A stretch of 64,000 nt of DNA from Azolla caroliniana. Taxonomy: Eukaryota > Plantae > Polypodiophyta. The notes under the pieces are model-generated. The model saw nothing but the letters and a program-made list of their open reading frames with translations, was not told the origin of the DNA and ran no database searches. Made by a program: the position numbers and the translations under genes. Numbering within the stretch: position 1 is the stretch's first letter; each line of letters opens with the position of its first letter. The DNA is taken from assembly GCA_043228905.1 (NCBI GenBank), contig JBHGNT010000005.1:18104001-18168000 (forward strand). The letters run 5' to 3'. Below are positions 13,384 to 26,740 of the stretch, in pieces.

Positions 13384-14134
13384 TGTCGAGGAAATCCTCG
13401 CGGATGTGTAGAAGTTGGGCAGGACCGCGGGGATCTTGAACCAAGGAATCAAGAAATGGGGAGGAAGAGTCTGTGGTTTACGTGAGCCCTGAGACCGTGG
13501 TTTAAATAGAGAAGATTAGCGAAACGAGAGAGATAGTGTAAGAGGATCGTGTGTAGACACAAGCGCGGACAGAGATGCTAAGAACAACTTGCATTTTGCA
13601 GATAAGTTTCTATTAATCAATATATGTGCATAGTGCTGTGGGTGGTCGAGCGTAGGCTCTACAGTAATCAGATACAAAGTGGAGTCGGCACACAAAAGGT
13701 CAATCCCTGGTCAGGAGCACTCGGGCATTTGACGTGAGCAGGGGAAGCGCCTTCCAGTGATCTCTCGTAGGACTCCTTGTCCGGTCTTCTCTCTGTTCCC
13801 TTTCTCCTCTCTCGATTACTTTTCCCCAAAAAAATCACCCCCTTGTAAACAGTCAAAGGTCGCCTCCTTTATAGCACAAGGAGCGACCGTTAATAGGCAT
13901 TCATGACTTGTCGCTTTCCCTTCCTAGATTGTCCCCCCTGATTCGCTCTCCTCATAACTCTCCCTACTTATGCGATGTCTGAATCCCTATTAATGCCTTA
14001 ACTACCTAGTACGCCTCCCTCCACCTATGCCTAGTACTTACACTATTTAATTCACTAGGGATGTGCACTCGTGCACACCAGTGCTCCCGCGTGTTTCACC
14101 TTGTTTCTACCCATGGCCCGGAATCTTCACGACA
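13384..14134 (-). repeat. 3' LTR of Gypsy A
   Basis: tgtcgagg...cttcacgaca; matches 26365-26740 plus 27762-28164. Confidence 0.9.
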
Positions 14135-14208
14135 TCCACCCCCACTAAACCGCACATACTTCGTTATGTGCCGGGCAACGATTTTAGTGAGGGATTCCGG
14201 GCCATATG

Positions 14209-15903
14209 CTACTCGTCCTCCCCTTCTGAACCGGCGCTTTCGGCTCCTGGGTCTGGTTCCGCCTCGCTCTGCCTCTTGAAGGCCTTTATCCGCTTCCCGG
14301 CCACTGGAGTCGTCACTCGGGTCTTGTCGAGCTCCATGAGATGATACATCGTGTTATCATTGACGCTAATTACCACGTATGGCCCGAACCATCGCTTCGC
14401 GAACTTACGCGTAGACCTATGTTGGTTGTCAGGGCTGCTGTCGTAGACCAACACCCAATCGCCATCCTCGATCTTCCTTGGCCGGAGCTGGTGTGTTTGG
14501 TTGAACCGGGCCTTGTTCCGGATTTTCGCTTCTCACCCTCACCGTGGCCCGCTCCAAGTCTTCCGGCATGTACCCTGTCACCGAGCTGTGGGTAGTCCTG
14601 TCCGCCCACAGTGCGTAAGGGAGCAACCTCGGCCAGTCGCCGACTCGTCCTTTGCACGCGCGTACAATGGCTTTTATGATCGGACCGTGGCCCCGCTCAA
14701 TCTTTCCGTTTGCCTCCGGGTTGTATGCCGTCGTGAGGGACAGTTTTACGCCTAACCGATCAAATAGTTCCTCGGCCTCTTCCGTGTCTAGCTCGCCTTG
14801 GTCGGCCACGATTTTCCCCATGCACCCGTATCGGCATATGGCATCTTCAATCAAAAACTTACCTACTGCCGTGATGGTCTTGTTCGTTAGTGCTCGGCCC
14901 TCTACCTGGTTCGTTAGGTCTTCTCTAGCTAGCACCAGGTATTGCTTCTGACCCTCTCCTATCAGCATCGTTACCAAGTCGACCATCCATTTGAAGTGCA
15001 CGACCGGGGGGTATGTTGGGCGCAGCTCGTCGTGATGTCGAAACACCGAGTGCATCTGGCAGCTTTCGCACGTGGACACGAAGTCGTGCACACTCTTATA
15101 TATACCCGACCACTGGTATTTCTCCTTTAACTTCTCTAATGTCGCCCATGTACCCCGGTGTCCAAACCAAGCGCTTTCGTGGAGCTCCGATATTAACTTC
15201 TCTTGATCATTTGCCCGCGCTATTACTCGGAGCGGTGCGTCGTTTCGCCTTTTTGGGACCCTCCAGATTTTTTCGTTCCGCTGGAAGTATCAATATGCCC
15301 TTTTTCGGAGCTGTCCCGCTTCCTCCCTAGTCATCAAGGCGTCCGCCATCATTGTTTTTAGAAATCTTCAGATTAGAAGCCACTCCCCATCATAATCTTC
15401 TTCGTTGAATTTGTTCAGGGGCGGAGCACTTCGCCTTTTTATCCTCATCCTTGCTGATTCGAAGAAGTCCGCGCCGACTTCTTCGTTCTCTGATACCATG
15501 CCGTCCTCGTCCTCGAACCTTGCTCTGGAAAGCATATCGGCCATGGCGTTGTATTTACCCGAGATGTGTCGTATCTCTAGGTTCAGGGACTTGATGTACG
15601 CAATCCACCTGAGCATGGCCAGGTTGGGAGTTGCGCATCCGAAGACCATACCGAGAATCGACATGCAGTCCGTTTCTATAATCACTTCAGTCCCAATTAG
15701 GTAATCTTTGTCAACCTTAACCGCCGAAACGATACCCCATAGCTTGCGCTTGACTTGGGCGTATCCTCGTTGTCGCTCACTCAGTACCTTCGCACCGAAC
15801 CGGATAGGGAAACACATGCCGTCTTCGTCCTCTTGATTTACGACCCATCCGATCCTGGTCGGGCTGGTGTCCACCGTGATATAGACCGGAGTTCCCGGTG
15901 CGT
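14209..15903 (-). pseudogene. pol: Gypsy A RNase H and integrase remnant
   Basis: TVDTSP, IETDC, ADMLSR, CESCQ, AYNPEANGKIERGH and WFGPY motifs, frameshifted. Confidence 0.88.
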
Positions 15904-16537
15904 TGTCGTGAAGAAAACCGTCCACGAGCGGAATCGGTGCGCCGGAGCATAGGAACTGGCTCTTCATGCACGTACGCCTTATGTTGTACATAAGAGGGAA
16001 TTAGGGACATGGAAGATCCTAGGTAGGTAGGAAGTTAATAGGAAATGGCTCCCTTCTTGCCTATAAAAGGAGGGAGACGAGGAGGAGGAAAGGGGGATCG
16101 CGGATAGAGAGGACGAAGTGCTGTCGGGTTGTTGGCCGAAGGCTTCTCTCTCTGCCAAGCTCCGTAGCTTCGTTCTGTGCAGGTTTCGGGAGGCTCGCGC
16201 TGCTCTGAGAAATGGCCGAGTGCTTCCGGCAGCACCTCCAACCTACTTCTTCCTTTCTGTACGTTTACGAACAGGCATCGGCATCTGTTCGCCGGCCTGT
16301 TCGATTGTAACCAACGTCGTGCTTCTTGTTGTTTGTCTTGTTAACATATATATATACATACATTCGCGTCTCTCTGTGTCGGTGTCCCACTCGCGTCTTT
16401 GTGTTGAAGGGTCGTGTCCCTGTGAATCTACGCTCGCACGTAGTGGGTCCCTTCCCTTCTCCTTTCTCTCTTGCTCTTCGGTACAAGACCCCCGAGGTCC
16501 CGCCTCATTCCACGCATCCGCGAGGAATACCTCGACA
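15904..16537 (+). repeat. 5' LTR of Gypsy B
   Basis: tgtcgtgaag...ctcgaca; contains TATAAAA. Confidence 0.95.
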
Positions 16538-16580
16538 TCTTGGTGAACCCGACGTGAAGGAGGCGGCAGAAGAGCAGGAG

Positions 16581-18707
16581 ATGAAGGGGTCGGATCTTGC
16601 AGAGGCCATGGCTTCGGCCGTGGATCGGATATTGAGCGCATGCGAGGGCACCGGCGCCCTCGACAGAGCCATTGAGGCGGTCGTCGGTACGATCGGCCGG
16701 TTCAGCGGAAGGGATGCCACGAAGTATTTGGCATCCTACGGGGCAGAAATGCTGATGCGGGACATTCCGGAAGAGAGGCGTCTTGCCGGGTTCCCTCGAG
16801 TGGCGATGCCGAGAATCCATGCGGAGGTGCTCGAGGTGCGGGTGGAGAGCCGTACCTGGGAGGAGTTCGAAGGCTGACTCCTGGAAAAATACGGGCTGGA
16901 CGACGCGCTCCGACTTTCGAAACGGGACTTCATGGAATGGGTGGAGTCCCCCGGCAAGGGAAGAAACGCGTAGGCACTCCTCCGGGAGTTTGAAGAACGC
17001 TTTGCGCGCCTCTCGGCGCTTGACCGAACCGTTCTGGATACGAGCCGGGTCCTACTGTTCGTCAAGTCGGTGGACGAGCGGGACCGGGATCAAATCGGCT
17101 CCTTGTTGGAAACCGAAGACGGGCTGACGACCGACTGGGCTGCGGTTAAGAGAGTCTGTGGCCGTTTCGACAAACGGCGAGAATGGGCTGACAACGGGGC
17201 GGCCGGTGCGGGCTCTGTCACAGCAAGGAGGCTTGAACCGGCACCGCAAGGGCGAAGGGAAGAGACCTGGGAATGGCTCGAAACCGGTTCGGCTTCGACC
17301 GGCATGGTCAATGGCTCGTCCGGAGGAGCAGCGCTGGAGGAGTTGACACGGGCGATAAAGGATCTCCAGATCGCCCAGACTCGAAGGGAAGGCGGCGAAC
17401 CAGCTCGTGACCGACGGCCGACAGCAGGGAACAGGTGCATGTGGTGCGATGAGGTTGGCCACATCCGGAAGGACTGTGGCGATTTCGCAGAAGCGTTGAG
17501 GAACCGGGTGGTGTACCTGTGGGAAGGCCGGGTGCACGCCGACGACACCAGAAGGGCCCTAAACCGAAACGATGGGCGAGGAGGTATGAAGAGACTGATG
17601 GAAGAGGCAACGGCCCGACACGTGGAGGCCATCCACTACTCGGCGTCGGCCGGCATTCGGGTTGGGGGCAGCGAGGCCCGAAAGGAGAGCAAAGACGGAT
17701 TCTGGTCGGCAATGCTGGAAGGTCTCGCCGGCGCACGGCTAAGGGAAGATGAAACGGACCACGCTGAGAGACGGGTCCGGGAAATAACCGGGTGGAGCGA
17801 TCCGGTCGAGGAGAAGACGGGCTTCGTAGAAGCCGCCTGCCGGAACTACGAGGCTCTGGTAGAAGACAAACGAGTGGGGAAAGCCGGAGCGGCCGGGCCC
17901 TCACAACGATACGAGACCCGATTCGGGCAACAACGGAACGAAGCCGGTGGGTCCAGCACGCAAGATAACCCCAGGAAGGGCAGATACCGACTGGGGACGG
18001 AAATAGAAAGGATCACGAACCTACGAAAGGTCCTAGAAGAACGGATCCTCGACAGCAAGGTGGAGCTGTCATTGCGGGAGGTGCTAGGGATCGCCAAGAA
18101 GGAGTTCCACGACTCCATTGTGGACTTGGTGAAACGGAAGAGGTTGTCGACGGAGACGGAACCGGAAAGACCGGTGGAGGTGCGGACGACGCACATCGAC
18201 GACTTGGCGCTGGAAGATGAGTGGGCGGAGAGCCACTATTCGAGGCCGCACTGGGCCCGAGCGACCACGGAGACCCCGGTAAAGATCGGAGATGTTCAGG
18301 AACCGGTGGTGGCACTGGTGGACCACGGTTCGGAAATAAACCTGATGTCCATGGACTTCTACAAAAGGGGAAAATGGCCGATCAACACCAAGCACGGGTG
18401 GAAGATACGGGCGGCGACGCGCGCCACCGAGGATCTGCACGGGGCCTGCCCGAATGTGCGTGTGAAGATCAGCGACGTCGAGATTGACCAGCACTTCTTC
18501 GTGCAGGAGACGTCCTCGCATCCGGTCATATTAGGGGAACCATACATCACAGCGGCGCGAATGGAGACCAAAGTGCTGGACAACGGTTCGGCCTATGCGA
18601 GGGTCAAGAGCCAGGACGGGCACCATTCGGTCCAATTTCTGACGGTGCGGCCGAACCACGAGCGAAACTGCGAATCCCTCGGTGGCGAGAACAGAGAGGA
18701 TTTTTAG
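16581..18707 (+). pseudogene. gag: Gypsy B gag-protease ORF1 (premature stops near 16875 and 16971)
   Basis: GRFSGRDAT gag motif, CMWCDEVGHIRKDC zinc knuckle, ALVDHGSEINL aspartic protease; 545-aa open part at 17070-18707. Confidence 0.9.
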
Positions 18708-21700
18708 AGAGGGCTGCCAAGGCGTGGGGCCGAGACAGTCCGGACACTCGGGAAAGACCCCATAGTTGTACGATAGAACTGAAACCGAAGAAACCTTGTA
18801 CGATAGGTAGAAAATTCTGCTTCTCCAACAACGGAGGGTGTATGATAGTCGGCATCGTTGGCCGAGAAAGGGCAAGGGCGGAGGAGCGACTTCGAGCGTG
18901 CAGAGTTCTCGGCCCGGACAAGGAAATCAGCGGGGCAGTGGAGGCGGTCTCCTTCGACGACACCTTGGGGATGCTGAGGAAGGTAGCCGGAGAAGACCTT
19001 AACGAAGACCGGACGATACCGGTATGTTCCGAAGAGATGTACGAAGTCATCGCGAACTTCAGCCAGGGGCTCCGGTCGGATCGGACGGCCCGAGTTAGCA
19101 CGAAGTACAAGACTGTGGACCGGAAGGTAAGGCTAGTCGCGGCACCCTTACCGGAGTATAGCGAGTCACGAATCAGAGGGGTTGCGTCGGACCCCAGTTT
19201 ACGAGATCCGGTCTGCATAGGACACACCTTTACCGACGGGACGCTCCGGGAGCTCAACATCGGTGGGGGCGGGTTCCTACTGCCGGCGGAGGAAGACCGG
19301 TTTCGGAGAATACTCGGAAGGCACAGAAAAGCCTTCGCATTCTCACCGGAAGAGATCGGGTGCGTAGACCCGACGATCGTGGAGCCAATGGTGATATTCA
19401 CGGTACCGCATGTGCCGTGGAATCTCAAGCCGATTCCAGTACCGAGAGCTCACATCCCGGAGTTGATGGAGCTACTGAGGCAGAAAGTCGATATGGGTAT
19501 TCTCGAACCGTCGAGTGCGCCATACTCGAACCGATGGTTTACCGTACCAAAGAAAAACGGAACATTGCGCTTCATTCAGGACCTGCAGCCGGTCAACAGA
19601 GTGACCATTCGGAAAGCAGGAATCGGACCGACCATAGACGAGTTCGCGGAGGCCTTCGCCGGAAGGTCGATTTACTCGGTCGGTGATATGTACTCGGGGT
19701 ACGACCAGTTCCAGCTAGCCGTGGAGAGCAGAGACATTACGACGATGCGAACTCCCCTCGGCCTAGTGCGAATGTATACCCTGCCACAAGGAGGGACCAA
19801 CTCGGTGGCCCACATGGTGAATGCAATGAACAAGGTACTGAGGGATTGCATCCCGGACATCACCATGCCATTTCTGGACGACATCCCGATAAAGGGGTGC
19901 CCGGTGGAAGAGAAGGACGAGACAGTCGGGCCGGACGGATGCCCGGCGATTCGTGGCAACACACATCGACGACTGCGAGAAGGTGCCACAAAGGCTAGAG
20001 GATGCGAGGCTCACCTTCTCCGGGGAGAAATCGGCCTTCGGGCAATCAGAAATCCTGGTGGTCGGACACCTATGTGGACCATATGGCCGGAAGCCGTCTC
20101 CGGCAAAGGTAGAAGCCATCTCCGCGATGAAGACCGACTGTAGCTCGGTTACGGAAGTTCGGAGGTTCCTGGGGGCATGCGCGTTCTACCACATATGGAT
20201 CCCGCATTACGCCCACGTTGCGGAGCCGCTATACGGGTTGCTAAAAAAGGGGCGAAAATTCGAGTGGCGAGACGAGCACACGGAATCGGTCCGGAAGCTA
20301 AAGGAAGCTCTTGCGGCAGCATCGGCGCTCCGGAAGGCTGTCTACGAGAAGGGTACCCCGGTATACATAACGGTGGATACGAGCCCGGCCGGGATCGGAT
20401 GGGTCGTCAACCAAGAAGACGAGGACGGCACCCGGTTCCCGATCCGATTCGGCGCAAAGGTCCTCAGTGAGCGACAACGAGGGTACGCCCAGGTTAAACG
20501 CGAACTCTGGGGTATCGTTTCGGCAGTAAAGGCCGACAAAGACTACCTGATCGGGACAGAAGTGATTATCGAGACGGATTGCCTGCCAATTCTCGGCATG
20601 GTTTCCGGATGCGCGACACCGGACCTGGCGATGCTCAGGTGGATAGCGTACATCAAGTCCCTGGACCCGGAAATACGGCACATTTCCGGAAAGGACAACG
20701 CCATGGCCAACATGCTTTCGAGGGCGAGGTTTGATGACGAGGGCGGCATGGTTTCGGAGGACGAAGAAGTCGGCGTGGACTTCTTCGAGGCGGCGTACGT
20801 GACGACCGATGGGACGAGCAATCCGGCACTTAACGGCTTCGACGAGAGCAAGTACGACGGCGAGTGGCTACGGATCGGTGGTTTCTTGAGGACAATGACG
20901 CTGGATGCGTCATGGATAAGAGACGAGGCCAACCGGATCCGGAAGAAAGCATATTGATTCTTTCTCTAGGACGATACTTATGGAAGCACCCGAAGAAGAG
21001 GAACGGCGTCTCGCTCCGGGTGGTGGCGATGAAGGAAGAACATGAGGAGCTGCTGACGGCCTACCACGACAGCCCTTGGGCTGGACACCGTGGAACGTGG
21101 GCCACGTTCGAGAAGATAAAAGGGAAGTACTGGTGGCCGGGACTGTACCGGGACGTGCATCGGTTCGTGACAACTTGCGAGAGCTGTCAGATGCACTCCA
21201 TAGTCCGGCATCGGGACGAGATTCACCCTACCTACCCTCCGACCATCCACTTCAAATGGATGGTAGATCTGGTTACGATGCCGATGGGCGTAGGACAGAT
21301 GCGGTATCTGGTCCTGGCTCGGGAAGATCTGACGAACCAGGTGGAAGGCCGAGCCCTTCAGAACAAAACGACCGCGGCCGTATGTCGGTTTCTGATCGAG
21401 GACGTGATATGCCAGTACGGGTGCGTCGGGAAGATCGTGGCTGATCGCGGGGAGTTGGACGCCGAAGAGGCCGAGGAGCTGTTCGACCGGCTAGGAGTCA
21501 AGCTATCGCTTACCATTGCATACAATCCGGAGGCGAATGGGAAGGTGGAGCGCGGACACGGACCGATCGTCAAGGCGTTAGTTCGGGCATGCGGAGGGCA
21601 AGTCAGGAACTGGCCGCGGCTGCTGCCTTATGCGTTGTGGGCTGACCGAACTACGCACAATTCGGTAACCGGATTCATGCCGACAGAGCTCATGTTTGGG

Positions 21701-22201
21701 CAGAAGCCGATCATGCCGATGGAACGTACGATCTCCTCGTGGGCAACCGTGGACTGGAGAGATGAGATGAGCCGGGAGGAACTGTTGGCGGCGCGTATAC
21801 GACAGCTCGAGCGAAGACCGGAGGACGTGGAGCAGGCTGTGGGAAAGCTTCGGGTGGCAAGGACGAGGAACAAAGCCCGGTTCGACCGGACACGCCGGCT
21901 TCGACCGAAGAAGATCGAGGAAGGCGACTGGGTGCTAGTCTATGACAACAGCCTCGACAACCAGCACCGAGCAACACGGAAGTTCGCAAGAAGGTGGTTC
22001 GGGCCTTACGTGGTACAAAGCACCAACGACAACGGGACGTACCATCTGGCGGAACTCGACGGCACGAGAATGGCGATACCGGTAGCTGGGAAGCGGATCA
22101 AAGCGTTCAAGAAGCGTCACGACGACGAGCCGGATCCGGTTAACCTGGACCGGAACGACGAACGATCCGAAACCGAGGAAGAACCGACGGGCGGGGACTG
22201 A
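18701..22201 (+). pseudogene. pol: Gypsy B pol (RT, RNase H, integrase with GPY/F motif), frameshifted
   Basis: LRFIQDLQPVN, LPQG, FLDDIPIKG, VRRFLG, TVDTS, H..GH..CESC, YNPEANGKVER and WFGPY over ORFs 18842-20143, 19953-20957 and 20864-22201. Confidence 0.92.
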
Positions 22202-22274
22202 AGGCTGGACCGGTTTTCTCCGTCCCAACTCAATTTGGCGCATGCCGATGGATGCGCGGTTAGGTGGGGGCGGA

Positions 22275-22908
22275 TGTCGTGAAGAAAACCGTCCACGAGC
22301 GGAATCGGTGCGCCGGAGCATAGGAACCTGCTCTTCATGCACGTACGCCTTATGTTGTACATAAGAGGGAATTAGGGACATGGAAGATCCTAGGTAGGTA
22401 GGAAGTTAATAGGAAATGGCTCCCTTCTTGCCTATAAAAGGAGGGAGACGAGGAGGAGGAAAGGGGGATCGCGGATAGAGAGGACGAAGTGCTGTCGGGT
22501 TGTTGGCCAAAGGCTTCTCTCTCTGCCAAGCTCCGTAGCTTCGTTCTGTGCAGGTTTCGGGAGGCTCGTGCTGCTCTGAGAAATGGCCGAGTGCTTCCGG
22601 CAGCACCTCCAACCTACTTCTTCCTTTCTGTACGTTTACGAACAGGCATCGGCATCTGTTCGCCGGCCTGTTCGATTGTAACCAACGTCGTGCTTCTTGT
22701 TGTTTGTCTTGTTAACATATATATATACATACATTCGCGTCTCTCTGTGTCGGTGTCCCACTCGCGTCTTTGTGTTGAAGGGCCGTGTCCCTATGAATCT
22801 ACGCTCGCACGTAGTGGGTCCCTTCCCTTCTCCTTTCTCTCTTGCTCTTCGGTACAAGACCCCCGAGGTCCCGCCTCATTCCACGCATCCGCGAGGAATA
22901 CCTCGATA
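22275..22908 (+). repeat. 3' LTR of Gypsy B
   Basis: Direct repeat of 15904-16537; terminal CA reads TA. Confidence 0.95.
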
Positions 22909-22912
22909 GCGT

Positions 22913-25900
22913 AAAGCTAGTGCCGCGATGAGCGTTCGTTTTAACCTCCGGACTGCCTCGGTGTGTTCCTTTGTCCATTCAAAATTCCTGCTCTTCTTTA
23001 GCAAGCCATAGAGTGGTTCGGCGACATGCGCGTAATGAGGGATTCATATGTGGTAGAAGGCACATGTTCTTAAGAATCGTCGGACCTCTGTGATGGATCC
23101 ACACTCCTCCTTCATTGCCGAGATGGCCTCTACCTTGGTCGGCGATGGCTTCCGGTCGTACGACCGACATAGATGGCCCACCACTAAGATCTCTGCCTGT
23201 CCGAAAGCTGATTTTTCTCCCTAGAAGGTAAGCCGCGCGTCTTCGAGCCTCTGTAGTATCTTCTCACAGTTGGAGATATGGCCCGTGACAAACCTTCGGC
23301 ACCCGTCCGCGCTGATCGATTCATCCTTGGCGTCCTCCGGACACCCCTTGATAGGGATCTCGTCTAGGAAAGGCATGGTGATGTCTGGAATGCAGTCCCA
23401 CAGGACTCTGTTCATTGCATTCACCATGTGTGCCACCAAGTTGGTCCCTCCATGTGGTAGGGTACACATTTGAACTAGGCCGAGAGGGGTTCGCATTGTT
23501 GTGATGTCCCAGCTTTCCACGGTCAACTGGAATTGGTTGTACCCCGAGTAAAGGTCTCCGACCGAGTATATGGACCTCATGGCGAAGGCTTTCACAAACT
23601 CATCGATCGACGGCCCAACTCTGGTATTGCGGATGGTCACCTTGTTGACCGGTTGTAAGTCCTGGATGAAGCGCATCGTAACGTTCTTCTTTGGTACCAT
23701 AAACCACCAGTTAGAGTAAGGGGCACTCAACGGTTCGAGGATGCCCAGCTCCACCTTTTGCTTAAGAAGCTCCATCAACATTGGCATGTGAGCTCTCGGT
23801 ACTTGAATTGGTTTGAGACTCCATGGTACGTGCAACACGGTAAAGATCACCATTGGTTTAACAATGGTTGGGTCGACGCAACCGATCTCTCCCGGCGAGA
23901 ATGCGAAGGCTTCCCCATGCCTCTCGAGCATCCTTTTGAACCGGTCCTCTTCCGCCAGCAGTAGGAAGCCACCCCCACCGATCTTCAGCTCTTGTAGCAT
24001 TTTGTCAGTGAAACGGTGTCCTATACTGAGTTGCGAGATCCGCAATGACTTCATACATGTCAACTGAGTTGACCGGTATGACTCGGTCTTCGCTTAGTCC
24101 TCACTCGACTACCTTCTTGATTTCTCCAAGGGTATCATCGAACGAGACCGCCTCCATGGCTTCCCCAATCCCTTCGTCATGACTCAAGGCTCCGCACACC
24201 TTTAAGTGTATCTCGACCCTCTTTCTTTCTCGACCATTGATGCTGGCTATGGTACATCCCCCATTGTCGGAGAACAAAACTTTCCTTCCTAGTTTACAGA
24301 TGTGGGGAATTTTCTGGCTATCCGGACTATCATGGCCCCACGCCTTGATAGCCCTTTCTAAAAATCCGCCTTGTCGTTATTTCCGAGGGTGTCCGTGTTC
24401 CTCTCATGATTCTTCCGAACGGTAAAAAATTGGACAGAATGATGGCCGTCTTGACTCTTTACCCTTGCATAGGCTGAACCATTGTCCAGTACTTTCGTTT
24501 CCATTCTAGCCGCCGTGATGTATGGTTCGCCTAGGATGACCGGATGGGAGGACGTCTCTTGCATGAAAAAGTGATGGTTTATATCGACGTCTCCAACGCT
24601 CACCCTAACATTCGGGCAAGCCTCATGTAGTTCTTCTGTGGCTCATGTAGCTGCGTGTATCTTCCACCCGTGTTTGGTGTTGATCGGCCAATTCCCCTTT
24701 TTGTAGAAGTCCATGGACATCAGGTTAATTTCTGACCCGTGGTCGATTAATGCCCCCATTGGTTCCTTCACGTCCACGATACGAACTGGGGTTTCTGTAG
24801 TCGCTCTTGCCTAGTGTGGCCTGGCGTAGTGGCTCTCCGCAAGCTCATCTTCCGCGGTCATCTCGTCGAGGAGTGCCGCCCTTACCTCAACCGGCTTCTC
24901 GGGCTTGGGCTCCGTCGCGAGACGCTTTCTCTTCACGAGGTCCACGATGCTGTCGTGGAATTCCATTCTTGCTATGCCAAGCACTTCCCTAAGCTGGAGT
25001 TCTACGCGACTGTCGAGAACTCGCTCCTCTAGAACCTTCTATAGGTTCATTGTTTTCTCGATCTCCGAGCTTAAATGGAAGCTCGGAACCCTACCCTTCT
25101 CCTTCTCCTGGGACCCGGTCGGAGTGGCATCGTGCCTTTTCAGTGTGCTTCGGGTGTCATACCTCCCCGAAGGGCCCGCTCCCCTGGTTTTCCCCGCTCG
25201 CCTTTCGTCGATTAGGGCCTCGTAGTTCCTACACGCGGCCTCCACAAAGCTAGTGCTCTCCTCAACGGGGTCACTCCAGCCAGTAACTTCGCGCACACGC
25301 TCCTCTGCGCACTCCGCTTCTCCCTTCTGCAGCCTTCCTCCGGACACGGTCTCGAGAATAACCGACTAGAACCCAGGGTTTGAATCGGGTTTCGCCGCCC
25401 TTTCGCCTACGCGGATGCCGACCGAAACCGAGTAGTGGACGGCTTCGACGTGCCGTACTGCGGCCTCTTCCATTAGCCTCTTCATTCCACCCAAAATTCG
25501 TGTCAAGCAATCTTCATGTGTCGCTCGCATGTATCCTGCCATTCGAAAGATAAACTACATTACTTCTGAGCGCTTCACCGAGGTCTGCGTAGTCTCTCCG
25601 AGAATGTTCGGTGGCATCGCACCATATGCACCTTTGATTGGCCGGCGGTCTTTGGTCGTGCGGTTGACCCTCGTCGCTTCGCCGGGCCTGGGCGATCTGG
25701 AGGTCGCTTTCTTTCCAATCTCGGCGTTTGTCAATCTTGCTGCATACTTCGTTGACGATAGCCTAGTCAGTCGTGAGACCGCGGTTGGTTTCCAGAAGAA
25801 GACTCACGCTTTCCCAGACGCGCGAGTCAAACGACGTAACGAAAAACAGGACTTTGCTCGTTTTGAGCACAGTTCAGTCCAATCTAGAGAGCCACGTGAA

Positions 25901-26318
25901 CCGTGACTCTAACTCTTGGAGGAGCGTCGAAGCGTTTTGACCCTTGTCGGGGTTGTTGACCCAATCCATAGTCCTTTCTCGATAGCCGGAGTGAGTCGTC
26001 ATAGCTGTATCTTTCGAGAACTTCCTTCGTGAATTCTGCCCAATCACGACAGCCCACTTGTATTTCGACCATCTCCGTATGGATGTGTGGTGTCACGACC
26101 TGGGGAGACCCTGTCAGCCGTCTATCCTCGGGTATATTCCTCATCTGCATTTCAGATTTGTAGGCCTCTAAGTAACTCGTGGCGTCTTTCCCATTGAATC
26201 GGCCTATCTTGTCGACCATTGCTTCTATGGCCCTATCGATGGCAGTCGCGCCCTCGCGAGTGCTAACTAGGAGGTCTACCGCCACCGCCATTGCTTCTGC
26301 AAGTTCGGTCCCTCTCAT
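22913..26318 (-). pseudogene. Gypsy A gag-protease-RT remnant
   Basis: ORFs 23221-24063 (RT), 24358-24603 (PR C-terminus) and 25884-26318 (gag) are homologous to Gypsy B. Confidence 0.88.
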
Positions 26319-26740
26319 TTTCAGATTCCTTTGCCGCCCCTTTTCATGTCGAGTTCACCAAATATGTCAAGGAAATCCTCGCGGATGCGTAGAAGTTGGG
26401 TAGGACCGCGGGGGTCTTGAGCCAAGGAATCAAGAAATGGGGAGGAAGAGTCTGTGGTTTACATGAGCTCGGAGACCGCGGTTTAAACAGAGAAGATTAG
26501 CGAAACAAGAGAGATAGTGTAAGAGGATCGTGTGGAGACACATGCACGGACAGAGATGCTAAGAACAACTTGCGTTTTGCAGATAAGTTTCTATTAATCA
26601 ATATATGCGCGTAGCGCTCTGGGTGATTACAACCGGATCAGTGCTGGTGGTCGAGCGTAGACTCTACAGTAGTCAGATACAAAGTGGAGTCGGCACACAG
26701 AAGGTCAATCCCTGGTCGGGAGCACTCGGGCGTCTGACGC

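Larger units (their letters stand above)
15904..22908 (+). mobile_element. Ty3/Gypsy LTR retrotransposon (inner, younger; Gypsy B) related to Gypsy A
   Basis: Near-identical LTRs 15904-16537 and 22275-22908, 4-bp TSD GCGT, PBS-like tggtgaacccgac, PPT aggtgggggcgga. Confidence 0.96.

Noticed and set aside
7358-22381. Many short antisense or overlapping ORFs within the retroelements
   Set aside because: Shadow ORFs of GC-rich gag/pol sequence with no independent motifs.
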